Notes: generated from the sequence alone by a model not told the origin. Shown: positions 32,280-42,978, numbered from the stretch's first letter. The stretch is DNA of 64,000 nucleotides from an uncultured delta proteobacterium (GCA_963745835.1 CAVUZH010000003.1:864001-928000); one strand, 5' to 3'. Numbers and translations are program-made.

Positions 32280-33575
32280 ATGACTACAGAACGACCCTTG
32301 CGCTTCTGCATGGTGACCACTTTTTACCCGCCCGATGCTTTCGGCGGAGATGCTGTCTTCGTTCAGCAACTGTCCAATGAATTGGCAAGGCGGGGCCACG
32401 ACGTAAACGTGGTCTATTGCAGGGACGCCTATCGCCTAGGGGGTGGACGAACTCCATTAATCACTCACGAGGACCATCCCAATGTAACTGTTCATGCGTT
32501 GAAGAGTTCGATGGGTATTTTGTCGCCTCTGGCGACGCACCAGACTGGATCGCCTCTCCTAAAGAATTCCCGGTTGAAAGGCATTTTTGAACAACCGTTT
32601 GATGTTATTCACTACCACAACATCTCATTGGTGGGGGGACCACAAATCCTCCACCGGGGTCACGGTATCAAGCTCTACACGCTGCACGAATACTGGCTGG
32701 TCTGTCCGACCCATATGCTGTTCAAATTCAACCGGGAAGCTTGCACATTGAGGCAATGTTTACCTTGCACTTTGATTCATAGGCGCCCGCCACAGCTTTG
32801 GCGCTATACGGAGGCGATTTCGCAAGCCGTGAAACAGGTGGATGTTTTTATTGCACCGAGCGAATTTACCAAGAACAAGCATCTGGAGATGGGTTTGCAG
32901 ATTCCAATTGTCGTTATACCTTACTTCACCTCGCGATGGGGCTTATCCGAGAACGATCCCGCGCCGAGTATGCCCGAGAAACCGTATTTTCTTTTTGTCG
33001 GGCGCCTGGAAAAGATTAAGGGATTGCAGCTGCTGCTCCCGGTTTTTCGCCGGTATCAAAAAGCCGAGCTGTGGATTATCGGCACCGGAGGTTACGAATC
33101 GGTTCTTCGTCGTATGGCTCGAGGATCTCCCAATATCAAGTTTCTGGGCCAGCAGTCGGGCGAACGGCTTCAAAGTCTCTACCGTGATGCTACAGCGCTC
33201 ATTGTTCCGTCTCTATGGTATGAGGTCTTTGGGATCGTAATCCTTGAAGCGTTTTCGCTAGCTACTCCCGTCATCGTGAGAAACCGGGGAGGAATGCCAA
33301 AGATCGTGGAAGAAAGCGGCGGCGGGTTTGTTTATGGGACCGAAGAGGAACTCTTGGGAGTCATGGAGCGGTTGTTGCTCGATTCAAACCTCAGGAAGGA
33401 AATGGGACAACGCGGTTACGAAACCTTGCAAAAGAAATGGCGTGCCGATGTTCACATCAAACAGTACCTGGAGCTGATCGAACAGATTGCGGCAACTCGA
33501 AAGGAGGAAGCTCCGGCGCCTAAGGATTCATCAATGTTGCCGGTCAGAAATCACGGCCGCTATGTCTCAGAATAA
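32280..33575 (+). CDS. GT4 family glycosyltransferase
   Basis: TFYPP..GGDA, LHEYWLVCP, Cys cluster C..C..C, FVGRLEKIKG and EVFGIVILEA. Confidence 0.92.
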   Translation: MTTERPLRFCMVTTFYPPDAFGGDAVFVQQLSNELARRGHDVNVVYCRDAYRLGGGRTPLITHEDHPNVTVHALKSSMGILSPLATHQTGSPLLKNSRLKGIFEQPFDVIHYHNISLVGGPQILHRGHGIKLYTLHEYWLVCPTHMLFKFNREACTLRQCLPCTLIHRRPPQLWRYTEAISQAVKQVDVFIAPSEFTKNKHLEMGLQIPIVVIPYFTSRWGLSENDPAPSMPEKPYFLFVGRLEKIKGLQLLLPVFRRYQKAELWIIGTGGYESVLRRMARGSPNIKFLGQQSGERLQSLYRDATALIVPSLWYEVFGIVILEAFSLATPVIVRNRGGMPKIVEESGGGFVYGTEEELLGVMERLLLDSNLRKEMGQRGYETLQKKWRADVHIKQYLELIEQIAATRKEEAPAPKDSSMLPVRNHGRYVSE

Positions 33576-33604
33576 CAGGCCTGTCGGAGATCAATATCGC
33601 AGAC

Positions 33605-34582
33605 ATGCAGACGGGTGAAAAGGCAAAACTACTTCATCATGATCCCGTCCGGATAGGACTCGTGGGTTGCGGCCGGGTAGCGGAATTCGGCTACTTGCCG
33701 GCGTTTAAACAAGCGAAGGGGATCAAGCTCGCCGGTGTCGCGGATATCAACCGATCCCGCTGCGAGGAGATTGCGCCCGGAGTGCCGGCGCATCAAAATA
33801 TTCACGCCCTAATCCACGCCGGCGGCATCGACGCGCTGGTCATTTCCACACCGACACGGTTCCATCTTGCAGATGCGCGCTCGGCCGCTAACGCCGGATT
33901 ACCGGCGCTCCTGGAAAAGCCGCCGGGTCTGAATCTCGATGAAGCCAGAGCTCTTTATGATTTGCGGCCTTGCCCGTGGATTGGATTTAATCGGCGATTC
34001 GATCCCGATATCGCGAAACTAAAATACCAGTCGCCTCGGGACGGAAACATACACCTAGAATTACATTATCGGAGGAGCTCCTGGAAACCGTTCGACATGC
34101 AGGATGACGCGCTTCTTGACCTGGCGCCACATCTCGTCGATCTCGCTTGCTGGCTCACCGGGGGTCAAATTCTATCGACGCGGGCTGTCTTGTTGAACCA
34201 GCGTCGAGCTCGACTCGACCTAAAGCTAGAGCGTGGCCATGCCGTCATCTCATGCTCGAATGACACCCACTACCGCGAGCGCATCGTCTTTAAAGATTTA
34301 CGGGGACGTGTCTGTGGGTCGTATAAACGCGGCGGACTTGTCTCGGCGATAGCGGCCAGACTGCACCGGAAGAGGGAGAGTCCTCTTGTGAAACCGATTG
34401 TAGGTCAACTTGAAGCTTTTGCGCTCGCCGTACGTGGCATGGTCGACTGGAGGCCTTTGGCTACGTCAGCAGAAGGCTTGACGGTCATGGCCGTGATTGA
34501 CGCGGCGCGGCGTTCGGCAGCTCAACGCGGCGTTGAGTGCCGGTTGCCGCCTGCTGTCAAACTCGTTGAGGAGCATTCTTGA
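33605..34582 (+). CDS. Gfo/Idh/MocA family oxidoreductase
   Basis: GLVGCGRVA, STPTRFH, LEKP, GFNRRF and LLDLAPHLVD. Confidence 0.9.
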   Translation: MQTGEKAKLLHHDPVRIGLVGCGRVAEFGYLPAFKQAKGIKLAGVADINRSRCEEIAPGVPAHQNIHALIHAGGIDALVISTPTRFHLADARSAANAGLPALLEKPPGLNLDEARALYDLRPCPWIGFNRRFDPDIAKLKYQSPRDGNIHLELHYRRSSWKPFDMQDDALLDLAPHLVDLACWLTGGQILSTRAVLLNQRRARLDLKLERGHAVISCSNDTHYRERIVFKDLRGRVCGSYKRGGLVSAIAARLHRKRESPLVKPIVGQLEAFALAVRGMVDWRPLATSAEGLTVMAVIDAARRSAAQRGVECRLPPAVKLVEEHS

Positions 34583-36105
34583 TCGCTATTTTACAGTTCG
34601 ACGGTGTCAGTCTGCCTCTCTTCCACAGCTTTCTCGATCAAGGCCGCCTGCCGACGTTTGCCGGGCTTCGTGAGCGCGGCCACTGGTTGCCGCTCGAAAC
34701 TCCCGCCTCGAGCTGGGAAGGGTCCATTTATTTCTCCCTATATAGCGGCAAAAGTGTCGCCGAGCATGGCCTCTACTTTCCCTTTATGTGGTCCGCTGCC
34801 GAGCAGCGGGTTCGCTCGCAGGACGACTATCCGGCTCCTGAACCGCTGTGGGATCGAGTTGGCAAGGCCGGGCTTCGGTCTCTTGTGATCGATCCCTATG
34901 AAGGCAGGCGTCCCAGATCAATCAAGGGGAAGGCTGTCTCCGGATGGCAGTTCAGACACAAAGTGACGCTCCGTAGATGGTCGGTGCCTCACGGTCTTGA
35001 TCGTCAACTGCAGCGACGGTTCGGCCGGCCGTCGCTGGTGGAAGAGGTTTATGGTCGCCCTTCGGCTAATTATCTCTGCAAGATGCGCAACCGCTTGGTG
35101 GGTGCGCCCAGACGCGCGGCCCAAATCAGCGCAGCGCTGCTGGCCGAGGAGAGTTTCGATCTGGTCTGGATAACTTTGAGCTCGGGTCATATAGCGGGAC
35201 ACTGGTTTCTGGATCCGTCAAGATTGCCGCAGGATCAGGTTGATGCCGGCACAAAGGCAAAGCTCGATGCCGCGTTATGCGATTCCTATGTTGCGGTGGA
35301 TCAAGCATTATCCGACATTGTAGCTGCGCTGCCGCGGAACGCCGATATCATCGTGCTGTCGGCAAGCAGTATGGGGCCGAGCGCCAGTCGCACTCATCTG
35401 TTGCCTGGCATGCTGCAGGCCGTATTGTCAGGAAGAAATCTCAACCATCAAGCGGCTAAGGCGGCCGGTAATTCCCTTTGGCGTCTACGAGCGGCGGTTT
35501 CACCGGATCTTCGCGCACTGGTCGCCCGCGTGCTGCCGGACCGGTTAACCATGGATCTCACCGCCCGTCTCGAGATGCGGGGAGTGGATTGGAGCGCGAC
35601 AAAAGCGTTCATGGCCCCAAGCGGCGACTGCGGCTACGTTCGCCTCAACTTAAGAGGACGCGAACGAGAGGGCATCGTGGATCCCAAACAAGCTGACGGA
35701 TTACTGGAACGCATTGCGTCCGGCCTGCGCACGTTTTGCGATCCTGATGGCGCGCCCGCTATCGCGGGAATTGAATTTACCGCGAAATCTCTTGGATACG
35801 GTGATCCGTCTCATGGTTTTCCGGATTTGATTGTTCATTGGAGCGAGCGCTTATCGCCGCAGCCGTCCGGAGTTAAATCCTGGCAATTTGGCGAGGTCCC
35901 GTCTTCTGGATGGGGCAGTGGCCGCACCGGAGAGCACCGTGAGGGCGCCTGGGCGCTGATCCTGCCGGGTTCCTCACGACTGCAAGCCGCAACGATGACC
36001 CCACATATCGTCGACATTGGCCCCACTGTCTGTGCCGTCCTTGGGGTCGACAAAGGTGGGTTAACCGGCCAGCCTTTACTTGAGCCTGGAGTTCATCCCG
36101 GATAA
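34579..36105 (+). CDS. Alkaline phosphatase superfamily (type I phosphodiesterase/nucleotide pyrophosphatase-like) protein, copy 1
   Basis: ILQFDG, GRLPTFAGL, HGLYFP, GYVRLNLRGREREGIV, PDLIVHW, GEH and HIVDIGPTV. Confidence 0.8.
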   Translation: MIAILQFDGVSLPLFHSFLDQGRLPTFAGLRERGHWLPLETPASSWEGSIYFSLYSGKSVAEHGLYFPFMWSAAEQRVRSQDDYPAPEPLWDRVGKAGLRSLVIDPYEGRRPRSIKGKAVSGWQFRHKVTLRRWSVPHGLDRQLQRRFGRPSLVEEVYGRPSANYLCKMRNRLVGAPRRAAQISAALLAEESFDLVWITLSSGHIAGHWFLDPSRLPQDQVDAGTKAKLDAALCDSYVAVDQALSDIVAALPRNADIIVLSASSMGPSASRTHLLPGMLQAVLSGRNLNHQAAKAAGNSLWRLRAAVSPDLRALVARVLPDRLTMDLTARLEMRGVDWSATKAFMAPSGDCGYVRLNLRGREREGIVDPKQADGLLERIASGLRTFCDPDGAPAIAGIEFTAKSLGYGDPSHGFPDLIVHWSERLSPQPSGVKSWQFGEVPSSGWGSGRTGEHREGAWALILPGSSRLQAATMTPHIVDIGPTVCAVLGVDKGGLTGQPLLEPGVHPG

Positions 36106-36278
36106 TGCCTCGTTGAGCATCGGCCCGTTTGATTTTCGCTTGACACTTTGCGGCGGACCGCGCTTCTTCGCAGGTCGTCGTCATCATTTCCGATATCTAA
36201 GGGGGGATTTCAATGGCTATGAACGCTCGGGCGAAGATCCATTGAGCGCGAGACGACGAGCATGATCACGAGCACTTT

Positions 36279-37829
36279 ATGATTGCGATGTTACAGTTTG
36301 ATGCGGCAAGTCTAACACACCTGCAGAAGTTCCTGGAAGAAGGCCATCTGCCGAATTTTGCCGCTCTTCGCAGCCGTGGCCTTTGGTATCAACTGGAAAC
36401 TCCTGCGACCTACTTCGAAGGTGCCGCAGCATGCTCGTTGTACACCGGGACTGGGCTCGGCGACCATGGCCATTATTATCCATGGCTGTGGTCGGCGGCC
36501 GAGCAGCGTGTCCGATTTTTCGATGATTTTCCCGTCCCTGAGGCATTGTGGGAACGAATCGGACGCGCTGGGTTGCGTTCTCTGGTGATTGATCCTTACG
36601 AGATGAGGCCGCCGCAGAAGATGCGCGGCGTATTTGTCAGTGGCTGGCAATTCAAAAATAGAGTGGTTCTGCGAACCAGGTCGATCCCCAGCCGAATGTA
36701 TCGTTGGCTCGAGCGCGAGCTTGGCCGTCCCCCTGAAGGGGAGGAGGTCTACGGACGTCCCTCAGCACGGGGGCTACAGCGATTGCGTAACAGCATGGTT
36801 GCCGCGCCTCGCCGCGGCGCGGATTTGGTAGAAACGATTCTCAAACGGGAAGACTTTGATCTGCTCTGGATTAGTTTGAGTGCGGCACATCTGGGCGGAC
36901 ACCGATTCTTTGATATCTCTCGATTTGCCCAGGAGATCGAGCTTGAACAGCATAACGATTTCCGAACCGCATTAAAGGATATTTATCGATCGGTCGATGA
37001 GGCTCTGGGCCGCATCATCGATGCGCTTCCGAATGACACGGACGTTATCGTCCTTTCACCGACTGGCATGGGACCGAATACAAGCCGCTCTCATTTACTG
37101 CCGGCAATGCTTGACGCGGTCTTGGCTGATGCGGCAGCGGAACATAGACAGTCACCTGCGGGCAGTTCACTGTGGCGCATTCGTTCGGTTATCCCGGCAA
37201 ACGTCAGGAGCTGGATTGCGCATGCTCTGCCCGACCGTTGGGCGGTTGAATTGGCCGCTCGGTTGGAGTTGCGTAATGTGGATTGGTCCACGACTAGGGG
37301 CTTTATGATACCCAATGATGACGCCGGGTACATACGTCTCAACTTGCGCCATCGCGAACGCGACGGGATTGTCGAGCCGGGCGATGCCGATGCCCTTTTG
37401 GAAAGCATCGCCACAGGGCTCCAATCGTTCCGCAACTCAGACGGCACTTCTGCAGTTCGAAAGGTTTTTCGCGTATCCGAGCTCGGCTTTCAAGGCCCTT
37501 GCGTCGCGGCCTTACCCGACCTGATTGTTCATTGGAATGACCGGATCGTCGAGCCCTTGGCAGGCGTTAGTTCTCCATTGTATGGCGAGATCTCTTCGTC
37601 GGGATGGGGAACAGGACGAACTGGGTGTCATACAGACGATGCTTGGGCACTGGTCCTTCCGGGTTGCTCAAAATTGAAACCTCTCACAAAAAGCCCCCAT
37701 ATTATAGACATTGCCTTCACCGCATGCACCGTCCTGGGCGTTGATACAGACGGTATGACTGGTGAGCCATGGCTGGAGCGCCGACAGGCATGCGCGTCGC
37801 GATTGGGTGCGCCGCTGCATGAGAATTAG
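36279..37829 (+). CDS. Alkaline phosphatase superfamily protein, copy 2
   Basis: Full-length paralogue of 34579: MLQFDA, HGHYYP, GYIRLNLRHRERDGIV, PDLIVHW and GCH. Confidence 0.8.
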   Translation: MIAMLQFDAASLTHLQKFLEEGHLPNFAALRSRGLWYQLETPATYFEGAAACSLYTGTGLGDHGHYYPWLWSAAEQRVRFFDDFPVPEALWERIGRAGLRSLVIDPYEMRPPQKMRGVFVSGWQFKNRVVLRTRSIPSRMYRWLERELGRPPEGEEVYGRPSARGLQRLRNSMVAAPRRGADLVETILKREDFDLLWISLSAAHLGGHRFFDISRFAQEIELEQHNDFRTALKDIYRSVDEALGRIIDALPNDTDVIVLSPTGMGPNTSRSHLLPAMLDAVLADAAAEHRQSPAGSSLWRIRSVIPANVRSWIAHALPDRWAVELAARLELRNVDWSTTRGFMIPNDDAGYIRLNLRHRERDGIVEPGDADALLESIATGLQSFRNSDGTSAVRKVFRVSELGFQGPCVAALPDLIVHWNDRIVEPLAGVSSPLYGEISSSGWGTGRTGCHTDDAWALVLPGCSKLKPLTKSPHIIDIAFTACTVLGVDTDGMTGEPWLERRQACASRLGAPLHEN

Positions 37830-38952
37830 AGTTGCAAAGTCGGTTGTAACTCTTAGGGAAGCAGCCCCTCGTCTTAAAGTGATGTCTAAAGAACCGGTTC
37901 ACGTACAGCAAGTAAACCCAATCGAGCCAGCTGCAGAGGATCGAAAGCTGCGACCCAAGCTCGGGTCCCGCGCCACTCTCACATGGTTAGTTTTGATGAT
38001 TGGGTTGTTTGCGTTCCTCCTGTGGAACAGCGGTCCGGAAGCGACCGGCGAGCTGCTCTTGCGGGTGGGATGGGCCGCGATCCCGTTGGTGATTGTGCCG
38101 CACGGCCTGGTGATCGTGTTTGAGGCTTTCGGGTGGTGGTTTGCCTTTCCCCGGAACGGCTGTTTGATCACGGTGACGAAAATCACGCGCTTCGTTGTTG
38201 CGGCTAAAGCGATACAACTGATAACTCCGTCGATTTCACAAGCCGGAGAGTTGCTGAAAATTCACCTTCTTCGATTTGCGGGTTTGACGTCTGAGATCAG
38301 CGTGTCGTCTGTTATCGCTGCCAAAACAACGATCACCATGGCCGAACTTCTCTTCTTGAGTCTAGGGCTGGCGGCGATTGTAACCCAGGTGGCTGTCGAA
38401 TCGGCTCTGGTGGCCTCCGCTACCGTTGGAATTCTCATGTTGTGTGTCGCTGTTGCCGCTATCGTGGCATGGCAACGGACGGGGCTCTTCCGTCCTTTCG
38501 TATGGTTGAGCAAACGATTAGGCATGTTCACGGCATTGCGCTACCGATACGAACAGGTCATGTCTCGCACGGACGTTCTACTAAGGGAGTATTGGAACAA
38601 TCCAACCCGACTTTATTTATCAGGGATCGGCTATTTTTTGGCATGGTTCTCCGGAGCGCTCGAAGCCTGGGCGTTCTTGAGCATTCTCGGTCTTACCAAC
38701 GATTTTTTATCTGCTCTGCTTGTCCAGGTCTGGTTGGTGCTTGTCACGCGACTCACAGCTTTCATTCCCGGGAATGTGGGAGCTCACGAAGCCGCTATAG
38801 TGACGATGTTTTCGTTTTTAGGTTTGGGAACGGACAGCGCGATGGCCTTTGCCCTGCTTCGCCGGATCCGCCAGATTGTTTGGATCGCTCTGGGCCTGGG
38901 CCTCCTAGTCAAAATTCCTCGCGCCCAGCGTGTCCCGCTCTTGGCTGATTGA
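37819..38952 (+). CDS. Lysylphosphatidylglycerol synthase TM/flippase-like (UPF0104/YbhN) membrane protein
   Basis: ITPSISQAGELLK, FIPGNVGAHEAA and ALLRRIR with multiple TMs. Confidence 0.85.
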   Translation: MRIRVAKSVVTLREAAPRLKVMSKEPVHVQQVNPIEPAAEDRKLRPKLGSRATLTWLVLMIGLFAFLLWNSGPEATGELLLRVGWAAIPLVIVPHGLVIVFEAFGWWFAFPRNGCLITVTKITRFVVAAKAIQLITPSISQAGELLKIHLLRFAGLTSEISVSSVIAAKTTITMAELLFLSLGLAAIVTQVAVESALVASATVGILMLCVAVAAIVAWQRTGLFRPFVWLSKRLGMFTALRYRYEQVMSRTDVLLREYWNNPTRLYLSGIGYFLAWFSGALEAWAFLSILGLTNDFLSALLVQVWLVLVTRLTAFIPGNVGAHEAAIVTMFSFLGLGTDSAMAFALLRRIRQIVWIALGLGLLVKIPRAQRVPLLAD

Positions 38953-40145
38953 GACTGAAGTGCCACGACTCTTCCACGATGGAGATTCGTAAAGTGATGA
39001 GCCTGGGGAAAATCAATTGGGGAATCCTGGGGACCGGAAAGATTGCGCGCCTTTTCGCATCGGACTTGGCCCTTGCTGCCGATGCTAAGCTCTTCGCCAT
39101 CGGCTCCCGTAACAAAGAGAAAGCTCGGGCATTTGGCGCGGAGTTTTGTGTTCCCTATCGATATGGCAGCTATGCCGAGCTAGCCGGTGATCCGCGAGTG
39201 CAGGCCGTTTATATCGCGACGCCTGCTTCGGCGCATAAGGAAAACATGCTGCTCTGCCTAAACGCCGGCAAGGCGGTGTTGTGTGAAAAGCCATTCACCG
39301 TCAATGCGCGAGAGGCTGAAGAAGTTATCGCTCTGGCTCGCGCCAAAAACGTGTTTCTCATGGAGGCGATGTGGACTCGCTTTTTGCCGTTGATGGTCAA
39401 GCTACGCGAGGTCCTAGCCGCGGGAGCTATCGGCGAGGTAAGTCAGTTTATAGCTGACTTGGGCACCGCGGCACGTATGGATCCCGAAGGACGGGTGTTC
39501 AGCGCTGAGCTGGGCGGAGGAGCGCTACTCCAGAAAGGCATTTATCTTTTGTCGCTGGCGTCGATGATTCTGGGCGCGCCAACAGCCGTGCAGAGCTGCA
39601 CACTCCTGGGAGATACGGGAGTGGACGAACACACCGGCTTTCTGCTGAAGTATGCAGGGCCGCAGATGGCCTCGCTGATTTGCTCCGTGCGTGTGCATAG
39701 CCAGCGCCAGGCTACTGTTGTCGGAACCGATGGCCGGATCAGCATCCACGAGCCGATTATCTGCCCCGCAAGCCTCACGCTTTACCGATATTCCAGGCGG
39801 GATGGGCATCACGAACTGGTGGATGGCAAACGCTATCCTAAGGCCGCGCTCTCTGTCCTTCGATATTGCAAGCGAAGCCGCTTTTTGCGGCAATTGCGGG
39901 AGCGGCTCCCGAGGTTAAGCAATCGTTTCCTCCACGGTGTCCGATCGACGAAGATATATGCCCCTCCTTCGGGGGAAGGCCTCCACTACCAGGTGTCAGA
40001 AGTCATGAGATGTTTACGCGACGGAAAAGTTGAAAGCGGCATCATGCCATTGAGCGAATCGCTCACCATCATGCGCACTGTGGATCAGATAAAGCAAAAT
40101 GGTTTCGAAGAAGAGTCTGCTGATTTGCTCAAGTTCGGCCGTTAG
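38949..40145 (+). CDS. Gfo/Idh/MocA family oxidoreductase (dihydrodiol/xylose dehydrogenase-like)
   Basis: WGILGTGKIA, YIATP, VLCEKPFTVNA, FLMEAMWTRFLP and LGGGALL. Confidence 0.93.
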   Translation: MRLKCHDSSTMEIRKVMSLGKINWGILGTGKIARLFASDLALAADAKLFAIGSRNKEKARAFGAEFCVPYRYGSYAELAGDPRVQAVYIATPASAHKENMLLCLNAGKAVLCEKPFTVNAREAEEVIALARAKNVFLMEAMWTRFLPLMVKLREVLAAGAIGEVSQFIADLGTAARMDPEGRVFSAELGGGALLQKGIYLLSLASMILGAPTAVQSCTLLGDTGVDEHTGFLLKYAGPQMASLICSVRVHSQRQATVVGTDGRISIHEPIICPASLTLYRYSRRDGHHELVDGKRYPKAALSVLRYCKRSRFLRQLRERLPRLSNRFLHGVRSTKIYAPPSGEGLHYQVSEVMRCLRDGKVESGIMPLSESLTIMRTVDQIKQNGFEEESADLLKFGR

Positions 40146-40178
40146 GGGTGGTCTGCGACCCCGGTTCGTAGCGGCTTT

Positions 40179-40510
40179 GTGAAAATGAAAACGATTCGCA
40201 CTGTATGTATCGACAGCGACTGGTTACGCTCATCGATTCGCTGGATGTCGGCTGGTCATTACCAGACTCGCTGGCGCTCAATGTGGGCGTTTGCGCGTAC
40301 ATCCTTCTACGATGGACGTATCCGGATCGATCTGGCTGGCCACGAGCGCAAAGGAACGGTTCCTGTCTCACGATACACAACGTATGCCAGCGAGATCGAA
40401 ACCCTGTTGCGCGAGTGCATTTTTGCAACCGGCGCAGGCAGGTCGATTACTTCGAACGCTCCGGGGGCCGTGACCCACTGACTCTGGGGTCGACGGACTC
40501 GTCGAACGAA
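40179..40510 (+). pseudogene. Internal relic of a third alkaline-phosphatase-family gene
   Basis: WRSMWAFARTSFYDGRIRIDLAGHERKGTVP corresponds to WSATKAFMAPSGDCGYVRLNLRGREREGIV in the intact copies. The N- and C-terminal parts are missing. Confidence 0.65.
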
Positions 40511-40736
40511 GTTTCTTTGATGTCGATCACACTTTACTAAGAGCCGGATCTGTTTCGCTCCCACGGAAAAATGTTGCTTAAATAAAGGATTTCGGTGCAG
40601 TTTATTAATGCCATAGATCGTTATCTTCTTGTGGTGCGTACCGCTATCTACTGCGGGAGTTGGGTTTCCGCTATTGGGTTAAGTCTTTTTTCACGAACAG
40701 CGTCGTCAATTTTATTGGAGTGAAATAAAAAACGGC

Positions 40737-41870
40737 GTGAAACTCATTACGGTCAAAGATTGCTATCCTCTCTGCATCATCGCCCTCATACAAGTAGCGA
40801 ATCGGATTCCTTCGCCTAAATTGAGGTTGTTTCTCGTGAAAGCCGTCGCCTCAATGGCGCACCGGTTGTCAACAACAAAAAAAAGACTCAGTGAAAAGAA
40901 TGTGGGCGAAATATTTGGCGGTCATTTAAGCAAGGAGCGGATCGAAGCAATCGTCAAATCCTCATTTTATGAATTTTGGCGCGAAATTTTTTTAATGTCG
41001 CCGAGCAAAATCCCAATGGCTCCGCTTAGGAAAGTCAATATTCATGGCCTGGACCATTTACAGAACGCGGTAAACAAAGGAAAAGGCGTCATATTGTGGG
41101 AGAGCAGCCATTTTGGCGGAAGGTTCCTGGCGAAACGAATCTTGTGTGAGAAAGGCTTTGCACTGCACCAAGTCCATGGCGAATATCACATGGCAGGACT
41201 TCCCAATAACGGAAGCTTTGGAAGCTGGACAAGGAAACATTTCATACGTCCTTTCTTCGAGAATTGCGAAAGCTGTTTCGTTAAAGAAACAATCCATATA
41301 ACCGCCGGGCACTCCCTCGCCGTTTCCAAGATTCTCTTGAAGCTGCTGAAGCAGAATAGCATTATTTGCATTAGCGCAGATGTTGGCCGTGGACATAAAT
41401 TAATTTCCGTCCGGTTCCTCGGCCGCACCGAATTGTTTCCAACAGGAATGGTCACTCTTGCAAAACTAACCGGGGCGCCGATTCTTCCTTTGTTCTGCCT
41501 CCAGGAAAATGGGAGTACGGCGAGTCTCATCATTGAGTCGCCTGTTTGTCTTGAAATGGATCCGGATCGAGAGAGCAATTTAACAAAGACCGTTATTCAG
41601 TACGTGGGTTTGTTGGAGTCGTATATTATGAAGTACCCGGAACAGTACCGAAATTGGCACTTACTCTGTTCGCCACTTAGGCCTATTCCAGAAGCACGAG
41701 CCGGTTACGCTCGCCCGCGCAGCTCTTTCTCAAAAGTGATTGATTCCCCAGTACTACGTGAAATCTTTATAGATGGGTTACATGTTAGAACAGCGCGACG
41801 TAAATCACGCGGCAATGTCGTTTCAGCTGAATCTAAAGTTGTTGTCTTTACTTCTCAAAGGCAACCATAA
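40737..41870 (+). CDS. LpxL/HtrB-like lysophospholipid acyltransferase family protein
   Basis: GLDHLQNAVNKGKGVIL..SHFG, VRFLGR..FPTG..LAKLTGAPILP and YPEQY.NW. Confidence 0.8.
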   Translation: MKLITVKDCYPLCIIALIQVANRIPSPKLRLFLVKAVASMAHRLSTTKKRLSEKNVGEIFGGHLSKERIEAIVKSSFYEFWREIFLMSPSKIPMAPLRKVNIHGLDHLQNAVNKGKGVILWESSHFGGRFLAKRILCEKGFALHQVHGEYHMAGLPNNGSFGSWTRKHFIRPFFENCESCFVKETIHITAGHSLAVSKILLKLLKQNSIICISADVGRGHKLISVRFLGRTELFPTGMVTLAKLTGAPILPLFCLQENGSTASLIIESPVCLEMDPDRESNLTKTVIQYVGLLESYIMKYPEQYRNWHLLCSPLRPIPEARAGYARPRSSFSKVIDSPVLREIFIDGLHVRTARRKSRGNVVSAESKVVVFTSQRQP

Positions 41871-42978
41871 AGCTGCAGGGGAACTATTGCAGGATGGTGC
41901 TGTTCGACCGGAAGATTTTATTCGCTTCGTCGAGCAGCATTGGTTACATCTTCTGGTTTTTCCTCTGCTCAACGGATCGCCGGCACGGAAATGGCTGCCG
42001 CGCAAGTGTTTCGCTGAACTTAAAGCTTACTCCTTACGACAATGGGCTACACAGGAGCGCCTGATCCGAGAACTTTTTGGTATTTCAACTCTCTTGGAAG
42101 CAGCCGGCCATGAGTTCATATTGCTCAAGGGACCTTATCTCGCCGAGCGGTTCTTCGGGGGTATCGATCGCCGCCCATTCTCGGACCTGGACATTCTTAT
42201 CAGAAGAGAAGATATCGCAGCGGTGGAACGGCGTTTGTGCGATAACGGTTTCGCCAACAACTCCTCTACTTTACTTAGCCGGCGACTCACTACTTATTTT
42301 ACCTATTCCTTTGACTTCGTTAAGCCCAATGTTGCGGTCGATCTGCATTGGCGTTTTTCGGCCCAGCTTACCCACCGTCTCGATTACCAAGCTATCTGGG
42401 AACAGAAACAAGTCTTCAGCTTGCGCACGCATCGTTTTTGGGTATTGCCCGACGAGTACGAAGTAGTTTTCAATCTCATCTCCATCTTCAAAGACCTGGA
42501 GATGGGTATCGCCCGTTTAAGATCCTTCGTTGATTTATACTTCATCCTTAGCCGAGTCGGTGACCAACTCGACTGGGAAGCATTTCGCGAACATCGGAAG
42601 CGTGAGAAGGTTCTCCGGATCTCCGTTAGTATTCTAAATTTGTTTTTCGAGTTGTTCGACTGCAGGGACGAATTTCCAAGGGTGGCTGCAATGGTTGCGG
42701 GCGAGGAGCGACAAATCAAGGTCGTTCCCGTAAAACACTACCGGGATTTAATGGACGTAGTTCCCGGAGCGGCGCGGAACAAGATGTGGGCGTCTGATCT
42801 ATACGAATGCTCCCGGTTCAATCTGTTTCTGTGGTGGGTCCTAGGGTTGCCGTTTCGTATCGCCGTCTACCATCCAGCCAAGTATGCTCGGATAAAAGAT
42901 ATGATGAATTGGATAGGTTTTGCGCGGCCCGAACGCAGACTTGAGGCAGACGCGCTCAGGGAAATGAATAATCAATAA
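41773..42978 (+). CDS. Nucleotidyltransferase family protein (NTP_transf_5)
   Basis: ILLKGPYLA, RPFSDLDILI, VDLHWRF and LRSFVDL. The probable start is at 41815. Confidence 0.88.
   Translation: MGYMLEQRDVNHAAMSFQLNLKLLSLLLKGNHKAAGELLQDGAVRPEDFIRFVEQHWLHLLVFPLLNGSPARKWLPRKCFAELKAYSLRQWATQERLIRELFGISTLLEAAGHEFILLKGPYLAERFFGGIDRRPFSDLDILIRREDIAAVERRLCDNGFANNSSTLLSRRLTTYFTYSFDFVKPNVAVDLHWRFSAQLTHRLDYQAIWEQKQVFSLRTHRFWVLPDEYEVVFNLISIFKDLEMGIARLRSFVDLYFILSRVGDQLDWEAFREHRKREKVLRISVSILNLFFELFDCRDEFPRVAAMVAGEERQIKVVPVKHYRDLMDVVPGAARNKMWASDLYECSRFNLFLWWVLGLPFRIAVYHPAKYARIKDMMNWIGFARPERRLEADALREMNNQ

Noticed and set aside
36106-36278. Possible relic of a Gfo/Idh/MocA C-terminus before the second AP-fold gene
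   Set aside because: The similarity (LDTLRRTA vs IDAARRSA) is too short to support.
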